From assembly GCA_937625935.1 (NCBI GenBank), contig OW569382.1, forward strand, positions 310,001-374,000: a DNA stretch of 64,000 nucleotides, given 5' to 3'. How positions within the stretch are numbered: position 1 is the first letter of the stretch; the number at the start of each line of letters is the position of its first letter. Origin of the DNA: Tetramitus jugosus (taxonomy: Eukaryota > Protista > Heterolobosea). Both the position numbers and the translations under genes were made by a program. Shown here in pieces: positions 20,359 to 32,339 of the stretch. The notes below the pieces were generated by a model. It was not told the origin of the DNA and did no database searches. It saw only the letters and a list, made by a program, of their open reading frames with translations.

Positions 20359-21402
20359 ATGACTGCCGAACCAACAACAACACTGAGCTGGGATGAACTA
20401 TTTCAGATTCTTCTCTTTCTGCCAGCTTCTGATCTGTGCCACTATGCCATGACCAATTCCACTGCTTATGACGGTATCATGACCAATCAGCACTTGTGGA
20501 CAGTGCTTCTCAAGAGAGACTTCACTGACACGATTGAACATTTGCAACAAGGATCAAACAGAGAGACATTCCAATCTTCTTTGAACATTACCAGTGCCAC
20601 TGAAGTGAGTCAAGACTGTTGTGTTGAAATGAAGGATTACATGTGTCACTACAAGCGATTTTGCCAATTTCCATTCGATCCAGTCATGTCGCGTTCCATG
20701 TATGACCAGGAGTCTAATCACACAATCTCAAAAATCTTGTTCCCTGTGTACAGAGGTCCACTGAATCTGTCAGTGATTGATGCATTGATTAATAGACAAC
20801 TCGTGATACCACCAGATGTTACGCCAAACAACCAGCTGGCTATCGACTTCAAGCTTTTGTGTATGGCTTCGAGACAACCAAAGGTAACTCCAAACTTGAC
20901 ATTTCGACTTTGGATGCTCAATCAGAATCGATTTCAAACCTTAATCAAATGTTACTTCCGTGAGACTCAATGCTTGGTAATCACAGTAGACGCGAACCAT
21001 GCATGGAACGAGGATACTTATGATCCAGTTTATTCATACAGTAATTGTTCAAATTCTCTGACAAATGCTTTGTTTACACTAAAGGAGAGTGTATCATTTT
21101 TAAAGTTTGAACCACCAAAGGCCTGTAAAGGTGTTTTGATTGTCGGTGTTGGTGTTTGGTCAGAAGCTGCACCTATTTCAAAACAGAGATTCCTAAAGGA
21201 TTGTGCTCAAATGTTTGATGCTTTACCTTTGGAATATTTTGAGTTGACTTGTGAGAATGCAGCAGTTATGACTGATGTTATGCTGAGGCGCTTTTACACA
21301 TTTCATCAACAAAGCACTCTAGAGGATGCCATATTAGCTAAAGGACAAGCGGCACCACAAGAACAGTTAGGAGAGACTCCAACAAGATGTATCTTGAGTT
21401 GA
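20359..21402 (+). CDS. F-box protein with degenerate Ras/Rab-like domain and C-terminal CaaX (CILS)
   Basis: F-box LSWDELFQILLFLPASDL...LW; FRLWMLNQNRFQTLIKCYFRETQCLVITVD aligns by eye with Rab [31 protein letters not shown]; ends in CILS. Confidence 0.65.
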   Translation: MTAEPTTTLSWDELFQILLFLPASDLCHYAMTNSTAYDGIMTNQHLWTVLLKRDFTDTIEHLQQGSNRETFQSSLNITSATEVSQDCCVEMKDYMCHYKRFCQFPFDPVMSRSMYDQESNHTISKILFPVYRGPLNLSVIDALINRQLVIPPDVTPNNQLAIDFKLLCMASRQPKVTPNLTFRLWMLNQNRFQTLIKCYFRETQCLVITVDANHAWNEDTYDPVYSYSNCSNSLTNALFTLKESVSFLKFEPPKACKGVLIVGVGVWSEAAPISKQRFLKDCAQMFDALPLEYFELTCENAAVMTDVMLRRFYTFHQQSTLEDAILAKGQAAPQEQLGETPTRCILS

Positions 21403-21529
21403 GGCAACATCTTTAGGTTACGATGATTACTATGATACGAAGAACAGGTCTTACCGATCTGATCTTCCACCTCACACGCATTTTCCGCGCTTTTCTAGAG
21501 ATAGCGAAACAACAATGACGCTTGGTGAC

Positions 21530-21803
21530 CAAGGGCCATCACTCTTCAGACGATGGCTGAAGAAAACAAAAGACAACAAAGTGAGCAACCGAAATGGTTG
21601 TATTAAAAAAAATAAAAAATGTTTCCGTAAGAAAGAATATGTTAGGCAGGTATGTTGGGTGAGGAGACGCAAGCAATGAAACAAGTTGCCAAAGGCTCAA
21701 AAAGAGTGGAATCAAGAAAAATATCGCCAATACGAAAGCTAAGCAGTTCATAGAGAATATGTATCGCCTCTTCCCAAGCTCCAAGGAGATGGCCGGTTGC
21801 TGA
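21530..21803 (+). mobile_element. Decayed remnants of the same retroelement family: a 3' end with poly(A), then an ORF2 C-terminal fragment
   Basis: GCAACC-GAAAT-GGTTGTATT-A8 at 21585-21612; then frameshifted KQVAKG/LKKSGIKKNIANTKAKQFIENMYRLFPSSKEMAGC*, homologous to the C-terminus of ORF 34403-35116. Left boundary is uncertain. Confidence 0.75.
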
Positions 21804-22283
21804 TGCTTTCAGGAAGTGATTTTTTTGGTGGCATGGCCTGTCGCTCTTGTGGTATTGTTGACCAGATTTTTGGCCGGAGTCGAACTTCCGAGAAGGAGAA
21901 CTTCTCAGAACCCATACTGCTTTCAACAAGGGTAAACACAATTTCTTTCTTTATTTGCTGACTGTGTGGTTGCTACAATTTCAATGTAAACAATTCCAAG
22001 CGTATTGATTAAGCCTTCACTGTCCAGAGTCACAAAGTGGCTTGTGGGATCGCGCTCTATTCCGAGTTGCTGTCCCATTTTCTTCTAAACAACAGAACAC
22101 TTTTTCTTGCAATTCTCCCCAAGGTTGCATTTCAGACGGAAGAGACTCTTATAGAGCCAGCGGGTCATTGCGAGAGCTGAAGCTACCCATCTCCTCTTCA
22201 CCGTGGGACCGTGTGATACACTATGGTAACGTGCTCATTCTGTTTTCTATGGACAAAAGAAACAAATGCCCTTGAAGGAATTA

Positions 22284-23027
22284 TTACATTTTTGTTGTTC
22301 TCTCTATTTCCGTCAAAAGAGTTGCGCTCATGAGTAGTCTTTCTTTCCTTTGCCTGAGAGCTTCATCGATCATTCTCACGAGAGACAAGTTTAGTTTGAG
22401 TATTAGAAATTGAAGTTGGTCCTTGATATCTTTTTGTCCAAGTTCTTTGAGATTATTCAACAATTGAACAAGTTCCGGTGGATCGCACTGAAATGACTCC
22501 AAACCATGAGTTGAGTCGAGATAGTTCTTAGGGATAGGCTTTTCAACAAGTTAGTAATACTAAACTCCGGTAAGACAAGCCCTTTAGAATCAAGTGAACA
22601 TACTTACCTGAGGATACAAGAGTTTATTCCTATAATCGCTCAAAAAAATCAAGTTGTTGATATCCACTTCTGCATTTTGCTTCATCTTTTTTACAATCTC
22701 CTTGATCAAAATCTTGACTTCCTCTGTCGTGTACAATTGATTGGTTTTCAATCGAAAGAGGATATCTTTCCTTGCTTCAGTCATACAAAAATTCAATACA
22801 TTCCCGTAAATATCAGTGACCCATGTCTTGGGAGCCTTCTGCTCCAGGTCTTCAGATGATCTGTGAACCTTTTGCTCGATCTGAGAGATTTCCTGTTCAA
22901 TTCTCAACCGAGATTGCTCTCGTTTTTTTTGCTTCTCTTCGAGCTGTTTTAGTAGTTCTATCTTCTTTAATCGATCATTTCTAAGTCTCTCGATATCATG
23001 GGTTATCTCATCCAACTTGTTGTTCAT
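22284..23027 (-). CDS. Hypothetical coiled-coil protein, probably two exons
   Basis: 145-aa ORF with a K/E/Q-rich coiled coil, GTAAGT donor near 22607 and a further 72-aa ORF downstream on the same strand. Confidence 0.45.
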
Positions 23028-23254
23028 TCCGATTTACAGTAGATTACTTCTCCGATTGTCAGAGTTAAAAATATCCAGATATTGTAAGCGAAATCTTTAG
23101 GAGGAGAAACAGAAACGACGACTGATTTTGCTGAGCGGCAAACAAAAAGCAAAATTTCTTCATCTCCACACAATAACAACAATTTACTTTGATACGCATC
23201 ACAACGAATCATCGTGAAATTCCCATCCACCACACATACACAAGCATCACCATC

Positions 23255-23900
23255 ATGATCCACTATATATTGCTCCAAAACAGAGCAGGAAAGACAAGAC
23301 TCTCCAAATGGTACGAACCATATGAGGACGATGAGAAGGAAAAGATAAAAATTGAAGTTCACAGACTGATCACTGGTCGTGACCAAAAGTTTACCAACTT
23401 TGTAGAGTACAGAAAACACAAAATTATTTATAGAAGATACGCTGGATTGTTCTTCTCTATGGCTGTTGATCCAGCTGACAATGATTTGGCCTACTTGGAA
23501 ATTATTCACTTGTTTGTCGAAGTTTTGGATCACTTCTTTGGTAATGTTTGTGAGTTGGACTTGGTCTTCAATTTCCACAAGGTAAGAAGAGCTTTTTTTT
23601 TGTTGTTTCTAATGTTTCCTGTTGGAACTGCACACATTACCACTGGCACTTTATCGTGTTTATTCTTGTGGTCGTTGTTGTGCTCATGTTCTGGTAGCGA
23701 AACTCAATGTAAGCTTTTTTTGCTAACCACAACCATTTTATTGTTTTTTTGGCGATCTCCAAAATGTCATTTGTGACTGGCGCGTTGCACTATGTTAGGT
23801 GTATATGATTATTGACGAAATGTTTTTGGCTGGTGAGATTCAAGAGACGAGCAAGCCTGTTATCCTTCAACGTTTGCAATTACTAGAGAAATTGGAGTAA
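23255..23900 (+). CDS. AP2S1: AP-2 adaptor complex sigma subunit; exons 23255-23581 and 23799-23900
   Basis: [57 protein letters not shown] | [19 protein letters not shown]; GTAAGA...TAG intron. Confidence 0.93.
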
Positions 23901-24242
23901 AAGAACGGAGCTTTTATTCGTGTGTACGACAAGAGCTTTATTTGTTTTTCACTATATTCCAAGTGGTGCATTTCATCTAGTTGGGAGATTCTTGATGGCT
24001 CATCTGACCGTGAGATCTCCCACGTGCCTTCTCTCTTTGTATTCCTCTGATATTTTGTTCCCGCCCACCACATTATTCGAAAAATCTTCTGCGACAGATT
24101 CTTAGTTGACCCTCCGCCTCATTCGAATTTTACTCCGCTATAGGACAAACACGAAATACCCCCGTTTTGGAGAGCTAACGCAACACAAAAAAATCACAAC
24201 GTAAATCACACAACAACAAAAAAGAACACACATAGAAAAAAA

Positions 24243-25282
24243 ATGGCAGAGACAGACAGTTTGCTCCCACAAGCATTGGAGCGTATTAGACAACCAATTG
24301 ATGATGCTATGCCAGTCTTGAAGATGATTATGTACTCCATCATTGGTTTCGTTGTTTTTGTCGCAGTTGTTCTGCCAGCATTTGGTGGTGCTGTTGGATT
24401 CGATATGGACATGTGGTCCGATATTTTCAATCAAATTGATCCTTACTTATTCGCTGCTCTTGGTGTTGGTCTCGTCATTGGCTTATCCGTCATTGGTGCT
24501 GGATGGTATGTGTCTCAACAACAACATGATGATGCTTTTTTTCTCATCATTGTCATCACCACGTTGGTGAAACGAACTGCGCTGATGCATTTTTGCGCGG
24601 TTAATTTTTTGTGAAAGGAAATTTTTTGTGCTCACACAAAAGCTTTTTGTCATTTTTCTCTTGTTGATGTCATGAATATCAATGTTTGAATAATAATAAT
24701 GATGATGATAATGGAATGATTCACAGGGGTATCACCATTTGTGGTGGAAGTATCATGGGTGCTTGTGTCAGAGCTCCACACATTAAGACCAAGAATTTGA
24801 TCTCTGTTTTGTTTTGTGAAGCTTTGGCCATCTACGGTATCATTATGGCCATTGTGATGAGTATTCAATACAAGTGGTACATTACCAAGACTCACACCAC
24901 TGCTTTCAATGAAGTGGCTGCCTCTGGTTACTCTCTGTTTTCTGCTGGTTTGACCGTTGGTTTGGGTAACGTTGCCTGTGGTGTCTGTGTCGGTATCATT
25001 GGTGCTTGCTGTGCTATTGCTGATGCTGCTAACGGCTCATTGTTTGTCAAGATTCTTGTGATTGAGATTTTTGCTTCTGCTCTTGGTATCTTTGCCATCA
25101 TTGTTGGTATTATCATGCGTATGTATCGTCATTATGATTGTGAAAGCTTGCTTTCACATGTTTTGTTTTTTATGGTTGTGTGATTTATCACATTTTGGGT
25201 TTTCATGGTTTGTGTATATTGACTGACTTAAATTGTGTTTATGGATGTATCAACAGAGGCTCGTGCAAACTTTTTGGCTTAA
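24243..25282 (+). CDS. ATP6V0B: V-ATPase proteolipid subunit c'' (VMA16); exons 24243-24505, 24727-25118, 25257-25282
   Basis: PYLFAALGVGLVIGLSVIGAGW|GI, APHIKTKNLISVLFCEALAIYG, LFVKILVIEIFASALG; two GTATGT...CAG introns keep the frame. Confidence 0.92.
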
Positions 25283-25494
25283 GTGTCTTCCATCCATTTC
25301 TACTCTCCGGTTTTTGGACTGTGCACTGAAAAGGTGCTTTCTAATGAATCAACTAAAACGAATTTTTTGATAAAATCAAAATTGTATGAATTTGTTTCGT
25401 TTGTTATTGTAATGGATTGCATGTTCCTTCAATTGAAGTTCTTGTCGTATACAATCCTGCTTGTGTCTCGTTCAACAAAATCAAAAAAAAACAA

Positions 25495-27515
25495 ATGCAG
25501 AACGCAGGAGCAACCGAGATCACAGATACGACATTGTCTTTGTTATTGAGACATCTAACGATTTTGTTGTCTCTTGAACCCCAAAAGGATTTAACAACAG
25601 TTGTCCATTGGCTGAAACAATTGTCGACCAAGCAAAGTGGTTGTGATTGTTTATTGCTGACAGAGACAGGACGTTTGTTATTGGACTACCTGATTTCGAT
25701 ATTGTTGATCTCAGAAAATGAATGGACTAAAGGAAAACACTGGCGGTCGCTACATCGGGACATGTTGTCAATATGTGTTCACATTGTGACAAACTATCAG
25801 TCTCGTTTGAAGTATTGTCAAGTGATTCAAGCAATGAATAGACATGTGAACATTGAAACATTTGTGACCAAACTCATTGCTAAATCAGGGCTGCTTGCAT
25901 TGATGACAACAAAGATGCTGCATTACGACCCTGTGGCGAGTAGAGATGATAAGTTAGTTCTGGAGCCGTTGTGCGTTCGAGTACTTGATGGTTTTGATAT
26001 GATGGAAGCGCTATCATACGGACGGATGGACCCTTATCGATTGTTGTACCATAGCTTAATGTCTTCCTTTCTATTGAGAGAATCACTAGCGTATTCAGGA
26101 AGAGGACCAAATCAATGGCGGAAACGAGATACATTATTTGAGAAAATGTGTCACAATTACCTGAGTTTTTCATTTGGCTCTTCTCAAGCAGATCGAATCT
26201 TGTATCGGTTCAGTTTGACGCAGTTTAGGAATGAGAAATTCATTCAACGAGTTTGTTTGCACTTGATGCAGTCGAATAGCGAGTTCATTCTAAAGAAACT
26301 GAACAATACATTCGAGGAAGAGTCGAATATTTCAAACGTGTTAAGGGAAGAACGACAACGACAAGACTTGTTTAATGATATTCTGACCAATTTATTAACC
26401 ATAGGCACTAGTACAACAGTAAGTGTTTCATTGAATTGATGAATCTTCCTTTGTAACACTGAAAACTGAGTCTAACACTTTCTCCACTCTAGAGTCGAAA
26501 TGAGGTAAACACAATCGATTTATCACTACGAATTATTCAAAAGTATCCTCATAGAGAAGTATCATTAGATACAAAACGATTATCCCGATTTTACTTACTC
26601 CTATCACATCTAACAACATGGATAAGTCCTACTATCCAGTACACTACTGTATGTATTTCATTCACATGTTCAAGGATAGATTGTTTTATTTCACTTGCTA
26701 ACCTCACCATGTGGTAGAGCGAGGATATCATATCAGTCGGAGACTTATCCTTGAATATCCTCCATCAGTTTGTAATATCTGGTCAGAATAACATATCAAT
26801 CGAGTTGAAGTCCAATATGATTGAGAAACTGTCATTCACTTTACAATCAATGACGTTATCTTATCAAAGCGCACCAGGAGTGAATGGATTAAATTTAATA
26901 ACAAGTATCTTGCAAAGAATGATGATACTGGAAGAGGGTGCTGTGATTCCAGTGATACCTCTCTCTGTAATGTCTTCGATTGTTAATTCCTTTGTTTTAA
27001 TAACGACTATTGTTTGTAATGACACAAATCTAGAAGCAACTGTGTGTAATTCAATGTTGGAAATGATACCATTGATCGCTCGGGATGTACGCCAGTATTT
27101 GAATAAGAAACATACCTCTCAACAAAGCCAAATCATACCACATGCCCTATTTCAACCGATTGAAGCCCCATTGGAGCATGTTTCTTTGACAAATATGCTA
27201 TTGGTAATGATGACCAAAAGAGACCGTTCTATTCGATTGAAGGCAAAGACAGCAATTCACTCGATACTTTCTTTGGGTCACGCAATTGTTAGAAGAGAAT
27301 CCAAGGTTGTCTTGAGTGCATTGGACAAGTTCCAACTAGAGAAGGATCTATTATCCACTGCTGCTCTTACAAAACAAGTTCTCATATATTTGGATGAATC
27401 TCCGTCTCATCGAGGTTACTTGGGCAGAAGTTTGCTTCACTTGAGCATCTCTAATCATCCTTCAGAGTTTATTGAAGTTTTGAGGGAGATGAAATTGTTT
27501 TTACAAACACTGTAA
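25495..27515 (+). CDS. Hypothetical multi-exon, Leu-rich helical (possibly HEAT/ARM-like) protein
   Basis: Two long same-strand ORFs (340 and 254 aa) separated by sequence with GTAAGT/GTATGT donors; exon structure and start are unresolved. Confidence 0.45.
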
Positions 27516-27601
27516 CAGGGTTCAACAAAAAATTAACGTGACAAACAAATGGAGTTTATGTACAATTATGTTGATTGGAATCTTTGGGAACAAAAAGTAC
27601 C

Positions 27602-28204
27602 TTATGGATAACTGACAGTGGCGGCATGTGGTCCCACCTTTGTTCTGTACTCTTCTGGCCATGTATCGGGTTTTCCAGAGACGAACACTGGTCCCTCTTT
27701 GAACATTCCTGCAAAGAACTTGATAAATGAATTGGTGCACTCACCCTTCATAATAGGGAAGCCGTGATGCAACTTGCTTGCCATTTGCCAACCGTCAGCC
27801 ATGATCAACACCCACAGTGCAATCAAGAATGGAATTGCAAAGAAACCAATGATGATGAAACAGAAGGCAATCACAATAATGAGTGACAGGTAAAAACCGA
27901 CAAACAACGACAGAGCTTTTCCATTCTGCTTGATCAACAAATGACCAGCACCAGGCAAGAAAAAGTTGATAATGGTGACAATGAGTGGGTGCATGTAACC
28001 TTGGTAACCTTGAATCCATTGGCCTCTCTCCGTCGCGTATCCTCCTGTCGGTTGATAGGAAGTTCCCGTAGTTGTGGTCGTAGTGGACGCTTGGGTATAG
28101 TGAACGTTCTGGGTCATGGGAGGAGGTCCAGCATAGTTGGTGAATCCGCCGGTAGTAGGCATACCGCCGGTGGTATAGTATTGTTGTTCAGCTGCAGTGG
28201 CCAT
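27602..28204 (-). CDS. TM2-domain-like membrane protein with Thr/Gly/Tyr-rich N-terminus
   Basis: IINFFLPGAGHLLIKQNGKAL followed by two hydrophobic helices. Confidence 0.65.
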   Translation of the reverse strand: MATAAEQQYYTTGGMPTTGGFTNYAGPPPMTQNVHYTQASTTTTTTGTSYQPTGGYATERGQWIQGYQGYMHPLIVTIINFFLPGAGHLLIKQNGKALSLFVGFYLSLIIVIAFCFIIIGFFAIPFLIALWVLIMADGWQMASKLHHGFPIMKGECTNSFIKFFAGMFKEGPVFVSGKPDTWPEEYRTKVGPHAATVSYP

Positions 28205-28998
28205 TGTTGTTGGGAACAAGTGGAGAAGGGTAGTGGAGAGATATCGATGTTTGTTTTTTAGTTGATGGAGGAAGTGGGTCAGTTGAATTTTGTTAAGAAC
28301 ACTGAAAGTTAAAAAAAATAGATGGTTGTATTGGTGATTCGTTGGTTAATATTGTAAAAATACATTTTTATCTGGTTGAGCTAGCGGAAATAATTCAACC
28401 AGATCAGGGAATGATCGCTCTGAACTGTGTGATGTGCACTGTCACTCAATAGTTCATTGATTCGTTGTGCTTATGGATGTGGTCTTTCAACCAACTTCCA
28501 TTCAATCCAAAAATCCCTGTCCTCTGCTTTGTAAATGATTCTGCTACTCTTTCTCGAATGTTGGGATCACACCATTGGCTAGCACAGTAACTTCGGACTT
28601 CCCTGTTCTTCTGGCAAGCAGTGTTTCATCGCACAGTTTTCGAATCAATTCCAAGTATTCTTGTACTATTCTGTACTTTGCTGGACCAATCCCTTTCATA
28701 CCGTATCTTATCTTTGCCTCCTTGTAAGGTAAAACCATAACTTCGTTCATCGAAGAAAGTATTGAGATAGGAGACTACAGGCAGTGGAAGATGCAAAGAA
28801 TTGTTCATCTCGAAAAGTCTTAATTAACAATTGTGAACTCAACTCCTATTGAAGCGTGAGCATGAGTACAATGAGAAAGGTATTATCTGTGACTTGCAAT
28901 ATCTCATATCAATAATGATACCAATAGACTGTGGTGCAGTCGCTACACTCGTTCATTTTGGAGCTCTGCAATGTGGCATCTGCACAAACATTTTAATA

Positions 28999-31900
28999 TT
29001 AAAAAAGTTCAGGAGAGGGAGTAAAGTCATAGCATGGAGCTTTCTTGTCACCATGCGATATAGGAGTATCAGAGGGTGAGCACGGAGATACTTCAATCCT
29101 TGGAGATGTTGGTGACTCATTGATATCGTTCTTTTGTTCTTCAGAGGACTTTGTTTGCTGTGAATCCTTGATTCCAATTGTCTCAGTATCACCTTTTGTG
29201 TCCTCTGAAGTCGTATTACAGCCATCTGATGATTGGGTTTTATCTCGTAGCAAGGGAGATGCGGTTGGATCCTGACTGAGCATTTGTAAACTGTCTCCTA
29301 ACGTGCTTCCAATTGAGATCGAGGGCAAAGCCGGTCCTAGGTCACTAATCTTATCCAAAATGATTTGTTTGATGCATTTTCTCTTGTTCTTAATATCTCT
29401 ACTGGGGAACCATTTGCGATTTTGAAATGGTAATTCAAAGTTTGGTTTTTCATAATCCTCTGTCATTTCAAGCACAGATTCATCTAGTCCTCGATTGGCA
29501 TGTCTGTAACGTTCTGTCAGTAGCCGATCCGTGTATTCCAACATGTAAACACCACAGTCGCAATAGTTTGATTGTTGAGGAACAGTGGATCGATGAAGTT
29601 TCAAATCCCGTCGCGTGATTGAATAAGTGTTCTCATTGGGTTGTGTGGTGCCGCTTGAGGCGTTTCCGTATTCAATCATGTACCTCTGACTCAGGTAGTG
29701 CCGAATGAGATGTGTGATTTTATGCTGCTGCTCTCTGTCGACCAGATTCAAGGAGTCACAGATGAATATCATTGGATCATCAGGTGATGGATCACCATCG
29801 ATAGATACAATTCCTGCCATGTGATCCTCTATTCTCTCTTTGAGTCTTGGTAATGATGTAACCACAGCCAATGTCCAATGCTCATTCTCGCACATTGGAA
29901 TAAACAACCAATCACACTCAAAGATTTTTACCTTATCAGGTTCTGGGACTCTCTTTGCCGCTCGAGCGGCATCCTTCAATAGCAACGGATAAAAATGACT
30001 ATTAAATATATGGAAGTGATGCTTGCTCATGGCAAACTTGTTCTCATTAATAAATTGATAGTAGAAGTCCACAATATTGTCATTCAAGTACTCTCCTGGC
30101 TCTAAGCGAGCTAAATCTCCTTTTGTAATTGTGATATTATAGAGTCGCAATAGTGGTTCCGCAGCCTCTTTAGGAGTCAGTTTTGGTTTTGGTATTGACT
30201 TTACAGGCACCACGTCCTCATCATCAATAATCTCCATCTGATGTTTAGCATTGGATCGTGTATTTATGCTTGGACTGCTGTACATCCTGGAGCTGCTCCT
30301 TGTAGACGATTTAACAGGTGTCTTTGTGCCAATTAAGTCATCGTAATTAAAGTCAAACTCTTCTTCGTCTTCTTCCTGTGCATCACTGATTGTTTTTGCC
30401 TTGGAAGGCATTGATGATGATGATGTGGAGGACGTTTGAGAACTTGTCTGAAAAGGAGTATTTTGCGAGCCTGTTGTACTACTATTCTGCTGCGAAGAAA
30501 CTGTAGCTGGTTTCTGTGTAATAATTTCCAGAGTGCTGCTTGCAGTAGTAGCAGTGATGGAGTTCGTTTTTGACAATGGTGTCTTCTCATTGGTATCATC
30601 ACTACTCGACCGTTTCAAGTAGCCCGCAGCCTGCAACATGCGCAAACTATGATTCGCTGTCTGTTCCATATCTGCCAACGTATAACAATTTGTATTGCTC
30701 TGCGATTGAATAAAGAAGCGTGTTGGGCGATGCGCATTCCCCACAATGATAATATCAACACACCGATCATCCTCTAATCGATGTTTCAACAACTCATCAT
30801 CGTCAATAATATTGTTCTTTAGAATTTTGAATCCAAAAAACATTTGTCGATCCACAGTCAACGTCCACGGATCCGACATGTGTCTCCTCCGCATCTGAAT
30901 CTCACAAAATCTTGTTTCTCCACTGCGAACAACACTGTGACTCAACCGCATTCGATCAATACTCATCACAACAAGTTCCTCACCGTCGTTTCCAATCGAT
31001 TGATATGTAATTTGATCCAGTAGAGTCATCCATTGATCACCCATCAGTATCACAGCATAACGCTGTGTCATGTTTTGGTCCAATTTGACATAATTGGGTT
31101 CCACCACATGACTACCACTATTACCACTATTACCACTATTTCTACTGCTTTTCACATCATTACTACCAGTCATCATACCACCATGATGATGATGATGACT
31201 ACTACTCTTTTGTGACTGACTACCACTGTGCCTTGTCAGACTAGCAACATTTGAGACTCGAGTATCATTATGGATAGTTTTGGGTGAATGTTTCATCACA
31301 ATTTCCAACAATGGATCATCATTCAATGAAAAATCACTCAATTTTCGTTCATTCAACACTTGTTTTTCCTGAGGAGTAGTAGTCGTCATTATTATCGTTT
31401 GATCACTCTTATGTGTTTCATCCTTTTCATCATCATCCAATACAATCATTGTCATTTCATTGACTTGATCATCACTCTTCTTTTGTTGTTGTTGTTCAAT
31501 CATTCTACGTTTCACAAAATGAGGCATAATACTACTACTACTACTTGTTGTTGTTGATGAACCATGATGATGATTGACATCATCTACTGATTCATCACTC
31601 TTATCACTGCTATTGTTCCATTTTCTCTTTCGATTTTGAATCCTAGTAGTACTTGATATTATTGATGATTCTTTATCATTATGAGTATTGTTATTGTTGT
31701 AATTGTTGTTATTATTGTTATTGTTGTTGGAAATTTTGAGTGGAACGAGAATTGATTTGGCTGCTGGTGATGATGAAAATGGTGGTGGTGGTGGTGTAGT
31801 AGGTGGTGAAGAACGACTATGAATATGACTGTTTCTCGTACCACCATACGTATGAAAAAATGGATTGGGATCAGTGAGTCTAGTCTCTTGAACAACATGT

Positions 31901-32199
31901 ATCACCAAGTCATCTTCATCATCATCATCTTCTTCGTCAATTTTTTTTTCAATGTTGTTATTGTTGTTGTTAGTGATTGTATGAGTTGTTGTTGATGTTG
32001 ATGTTGAAATGGATGATGATGATGATGGTTGTGGTGGATGATGAGTGCTTGTGGTGGGAAAGAGTTGTTTCATGGATTGGACAAATAGATGATGATTCTT
32101 GTGGTGGTGTGAGGAGGAGATTGGTTTGCACTGAATGTTGCGATGTTGCGAATGTTGTTGTTGTTGTTGTTGGTCATGTTGATTGTTGTTGGTGTTCAT
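28999..32199 (-). CDS. SUMO protease (peptidase C48, Ulp2/SENP6-7-like) with long low-complexity N-terminus
   Basis: DLARLEPGEYLNDNIVDFY, IFNSHFY, EHWTLAVV (His), ICDSL (Asp), PQQSNYCDCGVYML (Gln/Cys). Confidence 0.9.
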   Translation of the reverse strand: MNTNNNQHDQQQQQQHSQHRNIQCKPISSSHHHKNHHLFVQSMKQLFPTTSTHHPPQPSSSSSISTSTSTTTHTITNNNNNNIEKKIDEEDDDDEDDLVIHVVQETRLTDPNPFFHTYGGTRNSHIHSRSSPPTTPPPPPFSSSPAAKSILVPLKISNNNNNNNNNYNNNNTHNDKESSIISSTTRIQNRKRKWNNSSDKSDESVDDVNHHHGSSTTTSSSSSIMPHFVKRRMIEQQQQKKSDDQVNEMTMIVLDDDEKDETHKSDQTIIMTTTTPQEKQVLNERKLSDFSLNDDPLLEIVMKHSPKTIHNDTRVSNVASLTRHSGSQSQKSSSHHHHHGGMMTGSNDVKSSRNSGNSGNSGSHVVEPNYVKLDQNMTQRYAVILMGDQWMTLLDQITYQSIGNDGEELVVMSIDRMRLSHSVVRSGETRFCEIQMRRRHMSDPWTLTVDRQMFFGFKILKNNIIDDDELLKHRLEDDRCVDIIIVGNAHRPTRFFIQSQSNTNCYTLADMEQTANHSLRMLQAAGYLKRSSSDDTNEKTPLSKTNSITATTASSTLEIITQKPATVSSQQNSSTTGSQNTPFQTSSQTSSTSSSSMPSKAKTISDAQEEDEEEFDFNYDDLIGTKTPVKSSTRSSSRMYSSPSINTRSNAKHQMEIIDDEDVVPVKSIPKPKLTPKEAAEPLLRLYNITITKGDLARLEPGEYLNDNIVDFYYQFINENKFAMSKHHFHIFNSHFYPLLLKDAARAAKRVPEPDKVKIFECDWLFIPMCENEHWTLAVVTSLPRLKERIEDHMAGIVSIDGDPSPDDPMIFICDSLNLVDREQQHKITHLIRHYLSQRYMIEYGNASSGTTQPNENTYSITRRDLKLHRSTVPQQSNYCDCGVYMLEYTDRLLTERYRHANRGLDESVLEMTEDYEKPNFELPFQNRKWFPSRDIKNKRKCIKQIILDKISDLGPALPSISIGSTLGDSLQMLSQDPTASPLLRDKTQSSDGCNTTSEDTKGDTETIGIKDSQQTKSSEEQKNDINESPTSPRIEVSPCSPSDTPISHGDKKAPCYDFTPSPELF

Positions 32200-32339
32200 T
32201 TCTGCGCATTTTTTGGTGTGAAGCTTTCTTGTTGAACGTTTTTGGTTTTTTTTGAATCAATCATCCTTCTTTTTCGGATGTGCGTGGGCCGCTACGAGTG
32301 ACGAACTTGGTTGCTTTGGTGGAATACATTCGGTAATTT

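Noticed and set aside
24524-24588. Possible intronic C/D snoRNA (ATGATGA...CTGA) in V-ATPase intron 1
   Set aside because: ATG/TGA microsatellites are ubiquitous in this genome and I recognised no rRNA-antisense guide.
31100-32200. (CAA/CAT/AAT)n tracts here and at about 8900-9300, 58600-58850 and 62300-62540
   Set aside because: Ordinary coding microsatellites for poly-Q/N/T/H/S/D; no CRISPR-like repeat-spacer periodicity.
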